A DNA stretch of 37,695 nt from a virus (Duplodnaviria > Heunggongvirae > Uroviricota > Caudoviricetes), in the IMG/VR virus record IMGVR_UViG_2541047812_000003; one strand, 5' to 3'. Position 1 is the stretch's first letter; every line of letters starts with the position of its first letter. Both the position numbers and the translations under genes were made by a program. Under the pieces are notes generated by a model. It worked only from the letters and a program-made list of their open reading frames with translations. It did not search any database and was not told the origin of the DNA. This document shows positions 16,406 through 26,080 of the stretch, piece by piece.

Positions 16406-17019
16406 TGAACCAACAATTATTTCAAAAGGCGGCTGGTATTAGCGCCGGGCTGGCTGCGCGCTGGTTTCCGCACATTGATGCGGCGATGAAGGAATTCGGC
16501 ATTACAGCACCAGCGGATCAGGCAATGTTTATCGCTCAGGTAGGCCATGAGTCGATGGGGTTTAGCGCCGTAGTTGAAAATTTTAACTACACACCATCTG
16601 CGCTGGTGGCGACGTTCGGAAAGAGGATCACACAGCAGCAGGCTGATGCCCTTGGCAGAACATCCGGACATGCAGCTCGTCAGGATGCTATTGCCAATCT
16701 GGTGTATAGCAACCGACTGGGTAACAAAGCACCAGGTGATGGCTGGAAATATCGTGGTAGAGGATTAATTCAAATCACTGGCCTCCATAATTATCGCATC
16801 TGTGGCGCGGCGCTGAAGTTAGATCTGGTGACTTCACCTGAACAACTGGAACAGGAACTACAGGCTGCGCGCTCAGCTGCATGGTTCTACATCTCTAAAG
16901 GTTGCATGATCTACGGTGCCGATATTAACCGTGTTACGCGCATCATTAACGGCGGTTTGAACGGTATTGAGGATCGTAAGGTCCGATACAACAAGGCGCG
17001 GGCGGCGCTGCTGGTATGA
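16405..17019 (+). CDS. endolysin, glycoside hydrolase family 19 (chitinase-like lysozyme)
   Basis: GH19-type motifs (FIAQVGHESMGF, YRGRGLIQITG) with the catalytic Glu in HES; 204 aa; GAGG Shine-Dalgarno. Confidence 0.8.
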   Translation: MNQQLFQKAAGISAGLAARWFPHIDAAMKEFGITAPADQAMFIAQVGHESMGFSAVVENFNYTPSALVATFGKRITQQQADALGRTSGHAARQDAIANLVYSNRLGNKAPGDGWKYRGRGLIQITGLHNYRICGAALKLDLVTSPEQLEQELQAARSAAWFYISKGCMIYGADINRVTRIINGGLNGIEDRKVRYNKARAALLV

Positions 17020-17408
17020 AGATGAGTTATTGGGCGCTCATTTTAACGTTTATTGCTTGTGTCGCTGGTGGTCTTGTCTGGTCAGCGAATCACTATCATG
17101 GAAAGTTTCTGGAGGAGCAGAAGCGTGCTGATGCTGCGGAACAGCGAGCTGATTCTACTGAGGCTATCACCGCGAATGTTCTGCGTACTATGGCAATAAC
17201 GAACATCATTCAGGAGGCGAATCAACATGCAAAACAGCAGATCGCACTGGAGTCACAGAGAACCCAGGAAGATATCAAAGTGGCTGTTGCGGATGATGAT
17301 TGTGCTTCACGTCCTGTGCCTGCTGCCGCTGCTGACCGGTTGCGGAAGTACGCGAACAGTTTACGTCCAGGTTCCGGTAGTTCCGTTACCAGCCAGCCTG
17401 ACGGCTGA
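17016..17408 (+). CDS. i-spanin (Rz-like)
   Basis: 130 aa; N-terminal transmembrane helix (YWALILTFIACVAGGLVW) followed by a charged coiled-coil-like periplasmic domain; directly after the endolysin. Confidence 0.7.
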   Translation: MKMSYWALILTFIACVAGGLVWSANHYHGKFLEEQKRADAAEQRADSTEAITANVLRTMAITNIIQEANQHAKQQIALESQRTQEDIKVAVADDDCASRPVPAAAADRLRKYANSLRPGSGSSVTSQPDG

Positions 17409-17562
17409 AACCCCTCAGCCTGATTTACCTGATCATTTTACGTGGGGCTCGAGCTTAGATCTGAATGTCGCCTTGTTGTCTGCATTGGCGCAGTGTAATA
17501 CCGATAAAGCTGACATCAGAAGGATTGAAGTTGAGCGTGGTCACATCATGCAAAAAAAATGA
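17293..17562 (+). CDS. o-spanin (Rz1-like lipoprotein), overlapping the 3' part of the i-spanin gene in another frame
   Basis: Internal ATG gives MMIVLHVLCLLPLLTGCGS with lipobox LLTG-C and a Pro-rich mature region; starts inside Rz and extends past its stop. Confidence 0.6.
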   Translation: MMIVLHVLCLLPLLTGCGSTRTVYVQVPVVPLPASLTAETPQPDLPDHFTWGSSLDLNVALLSALAQCNTDKADIRRIEVERGHIMQKK

Positions 17563-17654
17563 TGTTAACTTTGTTTTGTTCCTTGATTTGATATGTGATG
17601 GCCCAATAGATACAAAGCACCTGATTTTGGTGACTCTTTTAAAGGGCTTTACAC

Positions 17655-17975
17655 ATGAAAGATGGTATCTATTTTGTTGTTTTCAGAAGCAATCAACGTG
17701 ATTTTGGTAATGGTACCGTAGTTGTCAAAAACAATGCAGTAAACGGCGGAGATTTTGGTTTTACGTATCAGGGAAAAATTGACGGTAGCCAACTTATTCT
17801 GCGCGTATCGCAGCATGATTTAAATGTCACCTCGGTTTTCCCTGGGGTAAAGAACTTTGAATTGAGTCTTTCTTTGCAGGAACGAGGACGTGATTACCTG
17901 TTAAATGGATCTGTGGTCGGAATGCCTCAGATGCAAATTTCAATTAGTGCAAAATACATTGGTGATCTGATTTAG
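17655..17975 (+). CDS. GrlR-family-like small protein (106 aa), low-GC moron
   Basis: MKDGIYFVVFRSNQ...GNGTVVVKNN...NGGDFGFTYQGK follows the N-terminal pattern recalled for GrlR-type regulators (KDGIY...SN...G.G...KN...GGD...YQG); followed by a strong intrinsic terminator. Confidence 0.5.
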   Translation: MKDGIYFVVFRSNQRDFGNGTVVVKNNAVNGGDFGFTYQGKIDGSQLILRVSQHDLNVTSVFPGVKNFELSLSLQERGRDYLLNGSVVGMPQMQISISAKYIGDLI

Positions 17976-17994
17976 TTTATCGAGATGATAATTG

Positions 17995-18016
17995 AACCGC
18001 CTCCGGGCGGTTTTTT
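17995..18016 (+). terminator. rho-independent terminator
   Basis: AACCGCC-TCCG-GGCGGTT hairpin followed by TTTTTTATT, 20 bp after the stop of the 17655..17975 gene. Confidence 0.6.
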
Positions 18017-18067
18017 ATTGCCATTTCTATGGTCTGTTCCATCGTAATAACTTAAAGGGAAGCATTA

Positions 18068-18418
18068 ATGCCGCCACGAACCCCGAAAGCCTGCCGTGTT
18101 CGCGGCTGCCGCCATACCACTACTGACCCTTCAGGCTACTGCGAAAGCCACAAAAGCGAAGGCTGGAAGCAATACAAACCTGGACAATCCCGTCATCAGC
18201 GCGGCTACGGTTCGAAGTGGGACAGTATCCGCGCGCGTGTTCTGAAGCGTGACAAAGGTCTGTGTCAGTTATGTCTGCGTGCTGGTGTGGTGCGTGAGGC
18301 GAAAACTGTTGACCACATCATCCCTAAAGCGCATGGCGGCACTGATGCTGACAGTAATCTGCAGAGTCTGTGCTGGTCGTGTCATAAGGCGAAGACGGCC
18401 CGTGAACGGTTAAAGTGA
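18068..18418 (+). CDS. HNH endonuclease (terminase-associated)
   Basis: 116 aa; Cys-rich zinc-finger pairs (CRVRGC...CESH; CWSCH) and HNH core (DHIIPKAHGGTDADSNLQSLCWSCHKAK); AAGGGA Shine-Dalgarno; immediately upstream of the terminase genes. Confidence 0.8.
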   Translation: MPPRTPKACRVRGCRHTTTDPSGYCESHKSEGWKQYKPGQSRHQRGYGSKWDSIRARVLKRDKGLCQLCLRAGVVREAKTVDHIIPKAHGGTDADSNLQSLCWSCHKAKTARERLK

Positions 18419-18444
18419 TAATAATTCTCAACTGTCTGAGGGGA

Positions 18445-18493
18445 GGGGCGGGTCAAATCCCTGCAGCCTGACGTCTTCCGGACTGCCCGCCCC
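18445..18493. other. GC-rich inverted repeat (GGGGCGGG ... CCCGCCCC) followed by a T7 run, between HNH and small terminase; candidate terminator and/or packaging (cos-region) element
   Basis: Seen in sequence; 8-bp perfect arms separated by 33 nt. Confidence 0.3.
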
Positions 18494-18543
18494 ATCGTTT
18501 TTTTATACCCGCGAAAAATGAAATTTAACCAGGAGTGCCGCAT

Positions 18544-19038
18544 ATGGCTGGAACGGCGGGGCGTTCCGGGCGTCGCCCCAAGCCAACGGCGCGCAAGGCG
18601 CTGGCCGGAAACCCCGGCAAGCGAGCCCTGAACAAAGATGAACCTGTTTTTACGCCCATCAAAGGTGTTGAGCCACCGGAGTGGTTCGCAGAAGAAGATC
18701 TCCCTCTCGCCACGATCATGTGGCAACTGACAACCAAAGAACTCTGCGGTCAGGGCCTGCTGTGCGTGACTGACCTGGCGGTACTTGAGCGGTGGTGCGT
18801 GGCCTATGAGTTCTGGCGACGTGCCGTGAAAAATATTGCCAGCCAGGGCAACACCATCACCGGCGCAATGGGCGGCAGGGTCAAAAACCCGGAGCTGACC
18901 GCCAAGAAAGAACAGGAGTCCGAGATGAGCAGCACGGGGGCAATGCTCGGACTCGACCCCAGCAGCCGCCAGCGTCTGATAGGCCTGGCGGGGCAGAAGA
19001 AAGCCACTAACCCGTTTCTGAAAATCATCGAATCATGA
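18544..19038 (+). CDS. terminase small subunit (P27-like family)
   Basis: ATG with AGGAG Shine-Dalgarno (track start is an upstream GTG); N-terminus [30 protein letters not shown] typical of P27-type small terminases; stop overlaps the large terminase start. Confidence 0.8.
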   Translation: MAGTAGRSGRRPKPTARKALAGNPGKRALNKDEPVFTPIKGVEPPEWFAEEDLPLATIMWQLTTKELCGQGLLCVTDLAVLERWCVAYEFWRRAVKNIASQGNTITGAMGGRVKNPELTAKKEQESEMSSTGAMLGLDPSSRQRLIGLAGQKKATNPFLKIIES

Positions 19039-20768
19039 GCCGGAAATCTTACCCCAACGTAAATGCTGCCAATCAGTATGCCCGTGATGTCGTGCGGGGA
19101 AAGATTGTGGCCTGCCAGTTTGTGATTCAGGCCTGCCAGCGCCATCTTGATGACCTGATGGCGGAAAAAAGTAAGTCGTTTCGTTACCGCTTCGACAAGG
19201 ACCTGGCTGAACGGGCCGCCAAATTTATTCAGCTGTTGCCGCACACCAAGGGTGAGTGGGCATTTAAGAGGATGCCCATCACGCTGGAGCCGTGGCAGCT
19301 CTTTGTGATCTGCTGCGCGTTTGGCTGGGTCAATAAAGGCTCCCGGCTGCGCCGCTTCCGTGAGGTGTATACCGAAATCCCCCGTAAGAACGGCAAATCG
19401 GCAATCTCTGCCGGTGTCGCCCTGTATTGTTTTGCCTGTGATAACGAGTTTGGCGCGGAAGTGTATTCCGGTGCCACGACAGAGAAACAGGCGTGGGAAG
19501 TCTTTCGCCCGGCGCGACTGATGTGTAAACGCACACCCATGCTGACGGAAGCGTTCGGGATTGAGGTTAACGCCTCAAACATGAACCGTCCGGAGGATGG
19601 CGCGCGGTTTGAACCGCTGATCGGTAACCCCGGTGATGGATCATCACCCCACTGTGCGGTGGTGGATGAATATCACGAGCACGCCACCGATGCGCTTTAC
19701 ACCACGATGCTTACCGGGATGGGGGCGCGACGTCAGCCACTGATGTGGGCCATTACTACTGCCGGGTACAACATTGAGGGGCCGTGCTACGACAAACGGC
19801 GGGAAGTTATCGAGATGCTCAACGGTTCGGTACCCAACGATGAACTGTTCGGGATCATCTATACCGTTGACGAAGGTGACGACTGGACCAACCCACAGGT
19901 GCTGGAAAAAGCCAACCCGAATATCGGGGTGTCGGTTTACCGTGAGTTTTTGTTAAGTCAGCAACAGCGTGCGAAAAATAACGCCCGTCTGGCAAACGTC
20001 TTTAAAACAAAACACCTCAATATCTGGGTGTCGGCGCGTTCGGCGTATTTCAACCTGGTGAGCTGGCAGAGCTGCGAGGATAAATCACTGACTCTTGAGC
20101 AATTCGAGGGGCAGCCGTGCATTCTGGCCTTTGACCTGGCACGTAAACTGGATATGAACAGCATGGCGCGACTTTATACCCGCGAGATTGACGGTAAAAC
20201 GCATTACTACAGTGTGGCCCCGCGTTTCTGGGTACCGTATGACACGGTGTACAGCGTCGAGAAAAATGAAGATCGCCGGACAGCCGAACGCTTTCAGAAA
20301 TGGGTGGAAATGGGCGTCCTGACCGTTACCGATGGTGCAGAGGTGGATTATCGCTACATCCTCGAAGAGGCCAAAGCGGCGAACAAAATCAGCCCGGTCA
20401 GCGAGTCACCCATCGACCCCTTCGGGGCGACCGGGCTGTCACATGACCTTGCTGATGAAGACCTGAATCCCGTCACTATCTTCCAGAACTTCACCAATAT
20501 GTCCGATCCGATGAAAGAGCTGGAAGCAGCGATTGAATCGGGACGTTTTCATCATGACGGCAATCCCATCATGACCTGGTGTATCGGCAACGTGGTCGGC
20601 AAAAACATGCCGGGTAACGATGATGTGGTGAAACCCGTCAAAGAGCAGGCGGAAAACAAAATTGACGGTGCAGTTGCGCTGATTATGGCGGTTGGCAGAG
20701 CCATGCTGTACGAGAAAGAAGACACGCTGTCTGATCACATTGAGTCCTACGGGATCCGCTCGCTTTAA
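19035..20768 (+). CDS. terminase large subunit
   Basis: 577 aa; ATPase region with Walker A-like ([13 protein letters not shown]) and Walker B-like (AVVDEYHEH) segments, C-terminal nuclease-like region with acidic motifs. Confidence 0.9.
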   Translation: MSRKSYPNVNAANQYARDVVRGKIVACQFVIQACQRHLDDLMAEKSKSFRYRFDKDLAERAAKFIQLLPHTKGEWAFKRMPITLEPWQLFVICCAFGWVNKGSRLRRFREVYTEIPRKNGKSAISAGVALYCFACDNEFGAEVYSGATTEKQAWEVFRPARLMCKRTPMLTEAFGIEVNASNMNRPEDGARFEPLIGNPGDGSSPHCAVVDEYHEHATDALYTTMLTGMGARRQPLMWAITTAGYNIEGPCYDKRREVIEMLNGSVPNDELFGIIYTVDEGDDWTNPQVLEKANPNIGVSVYREFLLSQQQRAKNNARLANVFKTKHLNIWVSARSAYFNLVSWQSCEDKSLTLEQFEGQPCILAFDLARKLDMNSMARLYTREIDGKTHYYSVAPRFWVPYDTVYSVEKNEDRRTAERFQKWVEMGVLTVTDGAEVDYRYILEEAKAANKISPVSESPIDPFGATGLSHDLADEDLNPVTIFQNFTNMSDPMKELEAAIESGRFHHDGNPIMTWCIGNVVGKNMPGNDDVVKPVKEQAENKIDGAVALIMAVGRAMLYEKEDTLSDHIESYGIRSL

Positions 20769-20779
20769 CTGAGGTAATT

Positions 20780-20962
20780 ATGATCATGCTGATTCTCGCG
20801 CCTCTGGTGGGCGTGCTGGGGGTGCTTTTGCTGGCGTATGGTGCCTGGCTGATTTATCCCCCGGCGGGGTTTGTTGTTGCCGGGGCGTTGTGCCTGTTCT
20901 GGTCGTGGCTGGTGGCGCGATATCTCGACCGTACACAGATGTCTGTTGGTGGAGGTAAATAG
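20780..20962 (+). CDS. small hydrophobic protein (60 aa)
   Basis: Two predicted transmembrane segments; GAGG Shine-Dalgarno; fills the gap between terminase and portal exactly. Confidence 0.35.
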   Translation: MIMLILAPLVGVLGVLLLAYGAWLIYPPAGFVVAGALCLFWSWLVARYLDRTQMSVGGGK

Positions 20963-22203
20963 TGTTCTTTTCGGGATTATTTCAACGAAAAAGTGACGCA
21001 CCGGTGACCACGCCAGCAGAGCTGGCGGATGCTATCGGGCTGTCATACGACACCTATACCGGAAAGCAGATCAGCAGCCAGAGGGCCATGCGACTGACGG
21101 CGGTTTTTTCCTGTGTCAGGGTGCTGGCGGAGTCGGTCGGGATGTTGCCCTGCAACCTGTATCACCTGAACGGCAGCCTGAAGCAGAGAGCCACTGGCGA
21201 ACGTCTGCATAAGCTGATCTCCACGCATCCCAATGGCTATATGACGCCGCAGGAGTTCTGGGAGCTGGTGGTCACCTGTCTGTGCCTGCGGGGAAACTTT
21301 TACGCCTACAAAGTGAAAGCATTTGGCGAAGTGGCTGAACTGCTGCCCGTCGATCCCGGCTGTGTGGTACCGAAGCTTAACAGTAGCTGGGAGCCGGTCT
21401 ATCAGATCACATTCCCGGATGGCTCCTCGGATGTACTGAGCCAGGAGGATATCTGGCATGTGCGCACGCTGACGCTGGACGGACTGGTGGGGCTGAATCC
21501 CATCGCCTATGCCCGCGAGGCAATATCGCTGGCGGCAGCGACCGAAGAGCACGGGGCCAGACTGTTCAGCAATGGCGCGGTGACGTCGGGTGTGTTGCGT
21601 ACAGAGCAGACGCTGTCAGATCAGGCTTATGAGCGCCTGAAGAAAGATTTTGAGGAGCGTCACACCGGGCTTGGCAATGCTCACCGCCCGATGATCCTTG
21701 AGATGGGGCTGGACTGGAAGTCGATGGCGCTGAACGCCGAGGACAGCCAGTTCCTGGAAACCCGCAAGTTTCAGCTTGAAGAAATCTGTCGTCTGTTCCG
21801 GGTACCGTTGCACATGGTGCAGAACACCGATCGCGCCACCTTCAACAATATCGAAGAACTGGGGCTCGGATTTATCAACTATTCACTGGTGCCGTATCTG
21901 ACCCGCATCGAACAGCGGATCAACACCGGACTGGTACGAAAAAGTAAGCAGGGCGTTTATTACGCCAAATTTAACGCCGGGGCGTTACTGCGCGGGGATA
22001 TGAAGTCCCGTTTTGAAGCCTACGCCACCGGGATTAACTGGGGAATTTACTCTCCCAATGACTGCCGCGACCTGGAAGATATGAATCCGCGTCCCGGTGG
22101 TGATGTCTATCTCACACCGATGAACATGACCACGAAACCCTCCGATGGCAGTAAGGCCGGTAAGCAGAAGGATAACGCCAATGCAGACGAAACAACGTCT
22201 TGA
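20962..22203 (+). CDS. portal protein (HK97-type)
   Basis: 413 aa; GTG start with GGAGG Shine-Dalgarno; position between terminase and prohead protease; portal-family resemblance by eye. Confidence 0.85.
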   Translation: MFFSGLFQRKSDAPVTTPAELADAIGLSYDTYTGKQISSQRAMRLTAVFSCVRVLAESVGMLPCNLYHLNGSLKQRATGERLHKLISTHPNGYMTPQEFWELVVTCLCLRGNFYAYKVKAFGEVAELLPVDPGCVVPKLNSSWEPVYQITFPDGSSDVLSQEDIWHVRTLTLDGLVGLNPIAYAREAISLAAATEEHGARLFSNGAVTSGVLRTEQTLSDQAYERLKKDFEERHTGLGNAHRPMILEMGLDWKSMALNAEDSQFLETRKFQLEEICRLFRVPLHMVQNTDRATFNNIEELGLGFINYSLVPYLTRIEQRINTGLVRKSKQGVYYAKFNAGALLRGDMKSRFEAYATGINWGIYSPNDCRDLEDMNPRPGGDVYLTPMNMTTKPSDGSKAGKQKDNANADETTS

Positions 22204-22831
22204 TGTACCGCTGAGTCTGAAATCTGTCAGTGACTCCGGTGAGTTTGAAGGGTATGGCTCCGTCTTTGGTGTAAAGGACAGCCACGATGATGTGGTGATG
22301 TCCGGGGCATTTGCTGCTTCCCTGCGGGCGTGGAGTGACAGAAAAGCGTTACCTGCGCTGCTCTGGCAGCACCGCATGGATGAACCCATCGGTGTTTACA
22401 CCGAAATGAAGGAAGACGATGTCGGGCTTTACGTCAGGGGACGGTTGCTTATTGATGATGATCCCCTGGCAAAACGCGCACATGCACACATGAAGGCCGG
22501 TTCGTTAACCGGCCTTTCTATTGGGTACGTCCTGAAAGACTGGGAATACGACCGGACGAAAGAAGCCTTTTTGCTGAAAGAAATCGACCTCTGGGAAGTC
22601 AGTCTGGTGACGTTTCCGTCTAACGACGAGGCGCGGATCAGCGACGTCAAGAACGCGCTGGCCCGCGGGGAAATCCCTGAACAGAAAAAAATCGAAAGAG
22701 TCCTGCGTGATGTCGGACTCTCCCGTACCCAGGCCAAAGCATTCATGGCCGGGGGCTATGGCGCACTGTCCCTGCGCGACGCTGAGGATGTGGGCTCTGC
22801 ACTGAATGCACTGAAAAATCTGAACTTCTAA
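22181..22831 (+). CDS. prohead serine protease (HK97-type)
   Basis: Start at internal ATG (MQTKQRLDV...) with AAGGA Shine-Dalgarno; HK97-type protease N-terminal region (GYGSVFGVKDSHDDVVMSGAF); overlaps the portal 3' end. Confidence 0.8.
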   Translation: MQTKQRLDVPLSLKSVSDSGEFEGYGSVFGVKDSHDDVVMSGAFAASLRAWSDRKALPALLWQHRMDEPIGVYTEMKEDDVGLYVRGRLLIDDDPLAKRAHAHMKAGSLTGLSIGYVLKDWEYDRTKEAFLLKEIDLWEVSLVTFPSNDEARISDVKNALARGEIPEQKKIERVLRDVGLSRTQAKAFMAGGYGALSLRDAEDVGSALNALKNLNF

Positions 22832-22845
22832 TCAGGAGAAATACG

Positions 22846-24051
22846 ATGGCGGTTGATATTAAAGATGTGGAACAGGTCGCGCAGGAGCTGCAGCAGAAGT
22901 TTGACGACTTCAAGGCAAAGAACGACAAGCGCGTGGATGCGATTGAGCAGGAAAAAGGCAAACTTGCCGGGCAGGTGGAAACCCTGAACGGGAAACTCAG
23001 CGAGCTGGAAAATCTCAAAAGCGACCTTGAAAAAGAGCTGCTTGAGCTGAAACGTCCGGCAGGTGGTGTGCAAAATAAACTGGCCACTGAGCATAAAGAA
23101 GCGTTTGTGGGCTTTCTGCGTAAAGGCCGTGAAGACGGTCTGCGCGATCTGGAGCGCAAGGCATTACAGGTGGGCACCGATGAAGACGGTGGCTATGCCG
23201 TGCCGGAAGCACTGGATCGCAACATTCTCACCCTGCTGAAAGATGAAGTGGTGATGCGCCAGGAAGCCACGGTGATCACTGTTGGCGGTTCCGACTACAA
23301 AAAACTGGTGAATCTGGGCGGCACGGCTTCCGGATGGGTGGGCGAGACTGACGCGCGCTCCCAGACTGCCACCTCAAAACTGGGGCTGATTGAACCTTTC
23401 ATGGGGGAAATCTACGGTAACCCGCAGGCCACTCAGAAAATGCTGGATGATGCCTTCTTCAACGTGGAGGCCTGGATCAACAGCGAGCTGGCGACCGAAT
23501 TTGCTGAACAGGAAGAAATTGCCTTTACCACCGGTGATGGCACCAAGAAGCCAAAAGGGTTCCTGGCGTATGAATCCACCGATGAAACCGATAAGGTTCG
23601 TGCGTTCGGTAAACTTCAGCATATTGTATCCGGTGAAGCGACGACGGTGACCGCAGACGCCATTATCAAACTGATTTACACGCTGCGTAAGGCACACCGC
23701 ACTGGCGCGAAGTTCATGATGAACAACAACAGCCTGTTTGCCATCCGTCTGTTGAAAGACACCGAGGGTAACTATCTGTGGCGTCCGGGGCTGGAGCTGG
23801 GGCAACCGTCCTCTCTGGCGGGTTACGGTATCGCTGAAAACGAACAGATGCCGGATATCGCCGCTGATGCCAAAGCTATTGCATTTGGTAACTTCAAGCG
23901 GGGTTACACCATCGTTGACCGTATCGGTACCCGCATTCTGCGTGATCCGTACACCAATAAACCATTTGTCGGTTTTTATACCACCAAGCGCACCGGCGGC
24001 ATGCTGGTCGATTCGCAGGCCATCAAACTGCTGAAGATTGCAGCGGCGTAA
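22846..24051 (+). CDS. major capsid protein (HK97 fold) with N-terminal scaffolding-like delta domain
   Basis: 401 aa; coiled-coil-rich N-terminal ~100 aa, then a capsid domain; AGGAG Shine-Dalgarno; followed by a GC hairpin. Confidence 0.85.
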   Translation: MAVDIKDVEQVAQELQQKFDDFKAKNDKRVDAIEQEKGKLAGQVETLNGKLSELENLKSDLEKELLELKRPAGGVQNKLATEHKEAFVGFLRKGREDGLRDLERKALQVGTDEDGGYAVPEALDRNILTLLKDEVVMRQEATVITVGGSDYKKLVNLGGTASGWVGETDARSQTATSKLGLIEPFMGEIYGNPQATQKMLDDAFFNVEAWINSELATEFAEQEEIAFTTGDGTKKPKGFLAYESTDETDKVRAFGKLQHIVSGEATTVTADAIIKLIYTLRKAHRTGAKFMMNNNSLFAIRLLKDTEGNYLWRPGLELGQPSSLAGYGIAENEQMPDIAADAKAIAFGNFKRGYTIVDRIGTRILRDPYTNKPFVGFYTTKRTGGMLVDSQAIKLLKIAAA

Positions 24052-24059
24052 TCATTCAT

Positions 24060-24077
24060 GGGCGCGGAACCGCGCCC
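24060..24077 (+). terminator. GC-rich hairpin after the capsid gene (candidate attenuating terminator)
   Basis: GGGCGCG-GAAC-CGCGCCC starting 9 bp after the capsid stop, followed by a short T-containing stretch (CCTGTTCTG). Confidence 0.35.
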
Positions 24078-24100
24078 CCTGTTCTGACGGGTGAAGAATC

Positions 24101-24301
24101 ATGATCCTGAAACAAGATCTGAAATGGTCACCGGACGGTATGCGTGTTGAGGTCATTCGGGCCGGTGAGTATGACGACGGGGCGCTTCCTGCCCGTGTGC
24201 AGGAGATTGCACTTCAGGCCGGGTTAGCAGAGCGCGGAATCAGTGCAAAAAGCAGTAAAGCGGCAAAAGAGAAAAAAGCCACGACCAGTAAAGAGGGCTG
24301 A
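24101..24301 (+). CDS. small hypothetical head-module protein (66 aa)
   Basis: ORF filling the gap between the capsid and connector genes; Lys/Ala-rich C-terminus; no family recognised. Confidence 0.4.
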   Translation: MILKQDLKWSPDGMRVEVIRAGEYDDGALPARVQEIALQAGLAERGISAKSSKAAKEKKATTSKEG

Positions 24302-24303
24302 GC

Positions 24304-24627
24304 ATGCTTCTGACAATGGAAGAGATTAAAGCCCAACTCCGGCTGGATGAGGATTTCGATACTGATGACCGCCATCTGCAACTGCTGGCCTGTGCGGCAC
24401 AAAAGCGGACGGAAACGTATCTGAACCGGAAGCTCTATGCACCGCATGAAACCATTCCGGACAGCGATCCGGACGGGCTGCACCTGCCGGATGATATTCG
24501 TCTGGGGATGCTGATGCTTATCAGCCATTTTTACGAAAACCGCTCGTCGGTTACGGAAGTGGAGAAACTCGACATGCCGCAGAGTTTTGGCTGGCTTGTC
24601 GGCCCGTACAGGTACTTTCCGCAATGA
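24304..24627 (+). CDS. head-tail connector protein (gp6-like)
   Basis: 107 aa; N-terminus MLLTMEEIKAQLRLDEDFDTDD typical of head-tail connector proteins; GAGGG Shine-Dalgarno; overlaps neighbouring stops and starts. Confidence 0.7.
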   Translation: MLLTMEEIKAQLRLDEDFDTDDRHLQLLACAAQKRTETYLNRKLYAPHETIPDSDPDGLHLPDDIRLGMLMLISHFYENRSSVTEVEKLDMPQSFGWLVGPYRYFPQ

Positions 24628-25034
24628 AAATTCGTCAGGCGCAGACCAGCGCAACCTACATTCTGCCGGACCCCGGTGAACTGAATAAACGCGTCCTGAT
24701 CCGCCAGCGGGTGGATATGCCCGCGGACAACTTTGGCGTGGAGTCTCAATACCCGGTTACGTTCCGGACATGGGCGAAGGTTATCCAGACCAGTGCCACC
24801 ACCTGGCAGGAAACCGCGCAGACCGGGGACGCCATCACCCATTACATCACCATTCGCTACCGCCGGGGGATCACCGCTGATTATGAGGTGGTCTGCGGTG
24901 ACAGTGTGTACCGGGTGAAACGTCAGCGCGATCTGAACGGGGCGCGGCGCTTTCTGCTGCTGGAGTGTACGGAACTGGGCGAATTTACGCAGAGTCACGG
25001 AGGCAGCAATGGCGACTTCCTTTTTTCACGTTGA
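24624..25034 (+). CDS. head closure / head-tail adaptor protein
   Basis: 136-aa ORF in the conserved position after the connector gene; assignment by synteny and size. Confidence 0.55.
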   Translation: MKIRQAQTSATYILPDPGELNKRVLIRQRVDMPADNFGVESQYPVTFRTWAKVIQTSATTWQETAQTGDAITHYITIRYRRGITADYEVVCGDSVYRVKRQRDLNGARRFLLLECTELGEFTQSHGGSNGDFLFSR

Positions 25035-25515
25035 TTTTCAGCAGCCCGCGGAGATGCGCTTTAACCGCGCCCGTGTCCGGCGGGCGTTTGTCACGATTGG
25101 TCAGCGTCATATGCGTGATGCCCGTCGGCTGGTGATGCGCCGTGCGCGGTCGGCACCAGGTGAAAACCCCGGTTATCAGACCGGACGCCTGGCTCGTTCG
25201 ATTGGTTACATGGTGCCGAGAGCCAGTAAAAAGCGAGCCGGTTTTATGACACGCATTGCCCCTAACCAGCGCAACGGGAGGGGGAACCGGATGATCTCTG
25301 GTGACTTCTATCCGGCGTTTCTGTTTTTTGGTGTCCGGGGAGGAGCAAAACGTCGTCGCAGTCATCATCGTGGTGCATCCGGTGGCAGCGGCTGGCGACT
25401 GGCTCCACGTAATAACTTCATGGTGGAAACTCTTGAAAAGAACCGCAGCTGGACACGCTATTTTCTGGCGCGGGAATTGCGTAAATCACTGAAGCCGGAG
25501 CGACGACACAGATGA
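25009..25515 (+). CDS. HK97 gp10-like head-tail joining protein
   Basis: 168 aa; GGAGG Shine-Dalgarno; basic protein in the expected position; assignment mainly by synteny. Confidence 0.55.
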   Translation: MATSFFHVDFQQPAEMRFNRARVRRAFVTIGQRHMRDARRLVMRRARSAPGENPGYQTGRLARSIGYMVPRASKKRAGFMTRIAPNQRNGRGNRMISGDFYPAFLFFGVRGGAKRRRSHHRGASGGSGWRLAPRNNFMVETLEKNRSWTRYFLARELRKSLKPERRHR

Positions 25516-26072
25516 AACTGACGCCTGTTATTGCTGCGCTGCGTGCCCGCTGCCCGTATTTTGAAAACCGGGTGGCAGGCGCGGCACAGTTCAAAAATCT
25601 GCCGGAGGTCGGAAAGCTGAGACTCCCGGCGGCGTATGTGGTACCGGGGGATGATTCTCCGGGAGAAAACAAAAGCCAGACCGACTACTGGCAGGAGCTG
25701 AAAGAGGGCTTCTCCGTGGTTGTCATACTGAGTAACGGGCGTGATGAGCGCGGTCAGTTTGCTTCGTATGATGTGGTGGACGATGTCCGGCAGATGCTCT
25801 TTAAGGCCCTGCTGGGCTGGAACCCGGAAGAGTGCGGTAACCCGATTAACTATGACGGCGGCACGCTGCTGGATCTGAATCGTCATGAGCTGATTTATCA
25901 GTTCGATTTTTCGATCATCAGCGAGCTGACTGAAGACGATACCCGCCAGCAGGATGACCTGAACAGTCTGGATGAACTGCGAACGCTGGCGATTGATGTT
26001 GATTATCTCGATCCCGGTAACGGGCCTGACGGCGATATCGAACATCACACCGAAATAACCCTTCCTTCCTGA
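25512..26072 (+). CDS. putative tail completion / sheath-associated protein
   Basis: 186-aa ORF immediately upstream of the sheath gene cluster; acidic C-terminus; assignment by synteny only. Confidence 0.45.
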   Translation: MKLTPVIAALRARCPYFENRVAGAAQFKNLPEVGKLRLPAAYVVPGDDSPGENKSQTDYWQELKEGFSVVVILSNGRDERGQFASYDVVDDVRQMLFKALLGWNPEECGNPINYDGGTLLDLNRHELIYQFDFSIISELTEDDTRQQDDLNSLDELRTLAIDVDYLDPGNGPDGDIEHHTEITLPS

Positions 26073-26080
26073 GAATCTTC

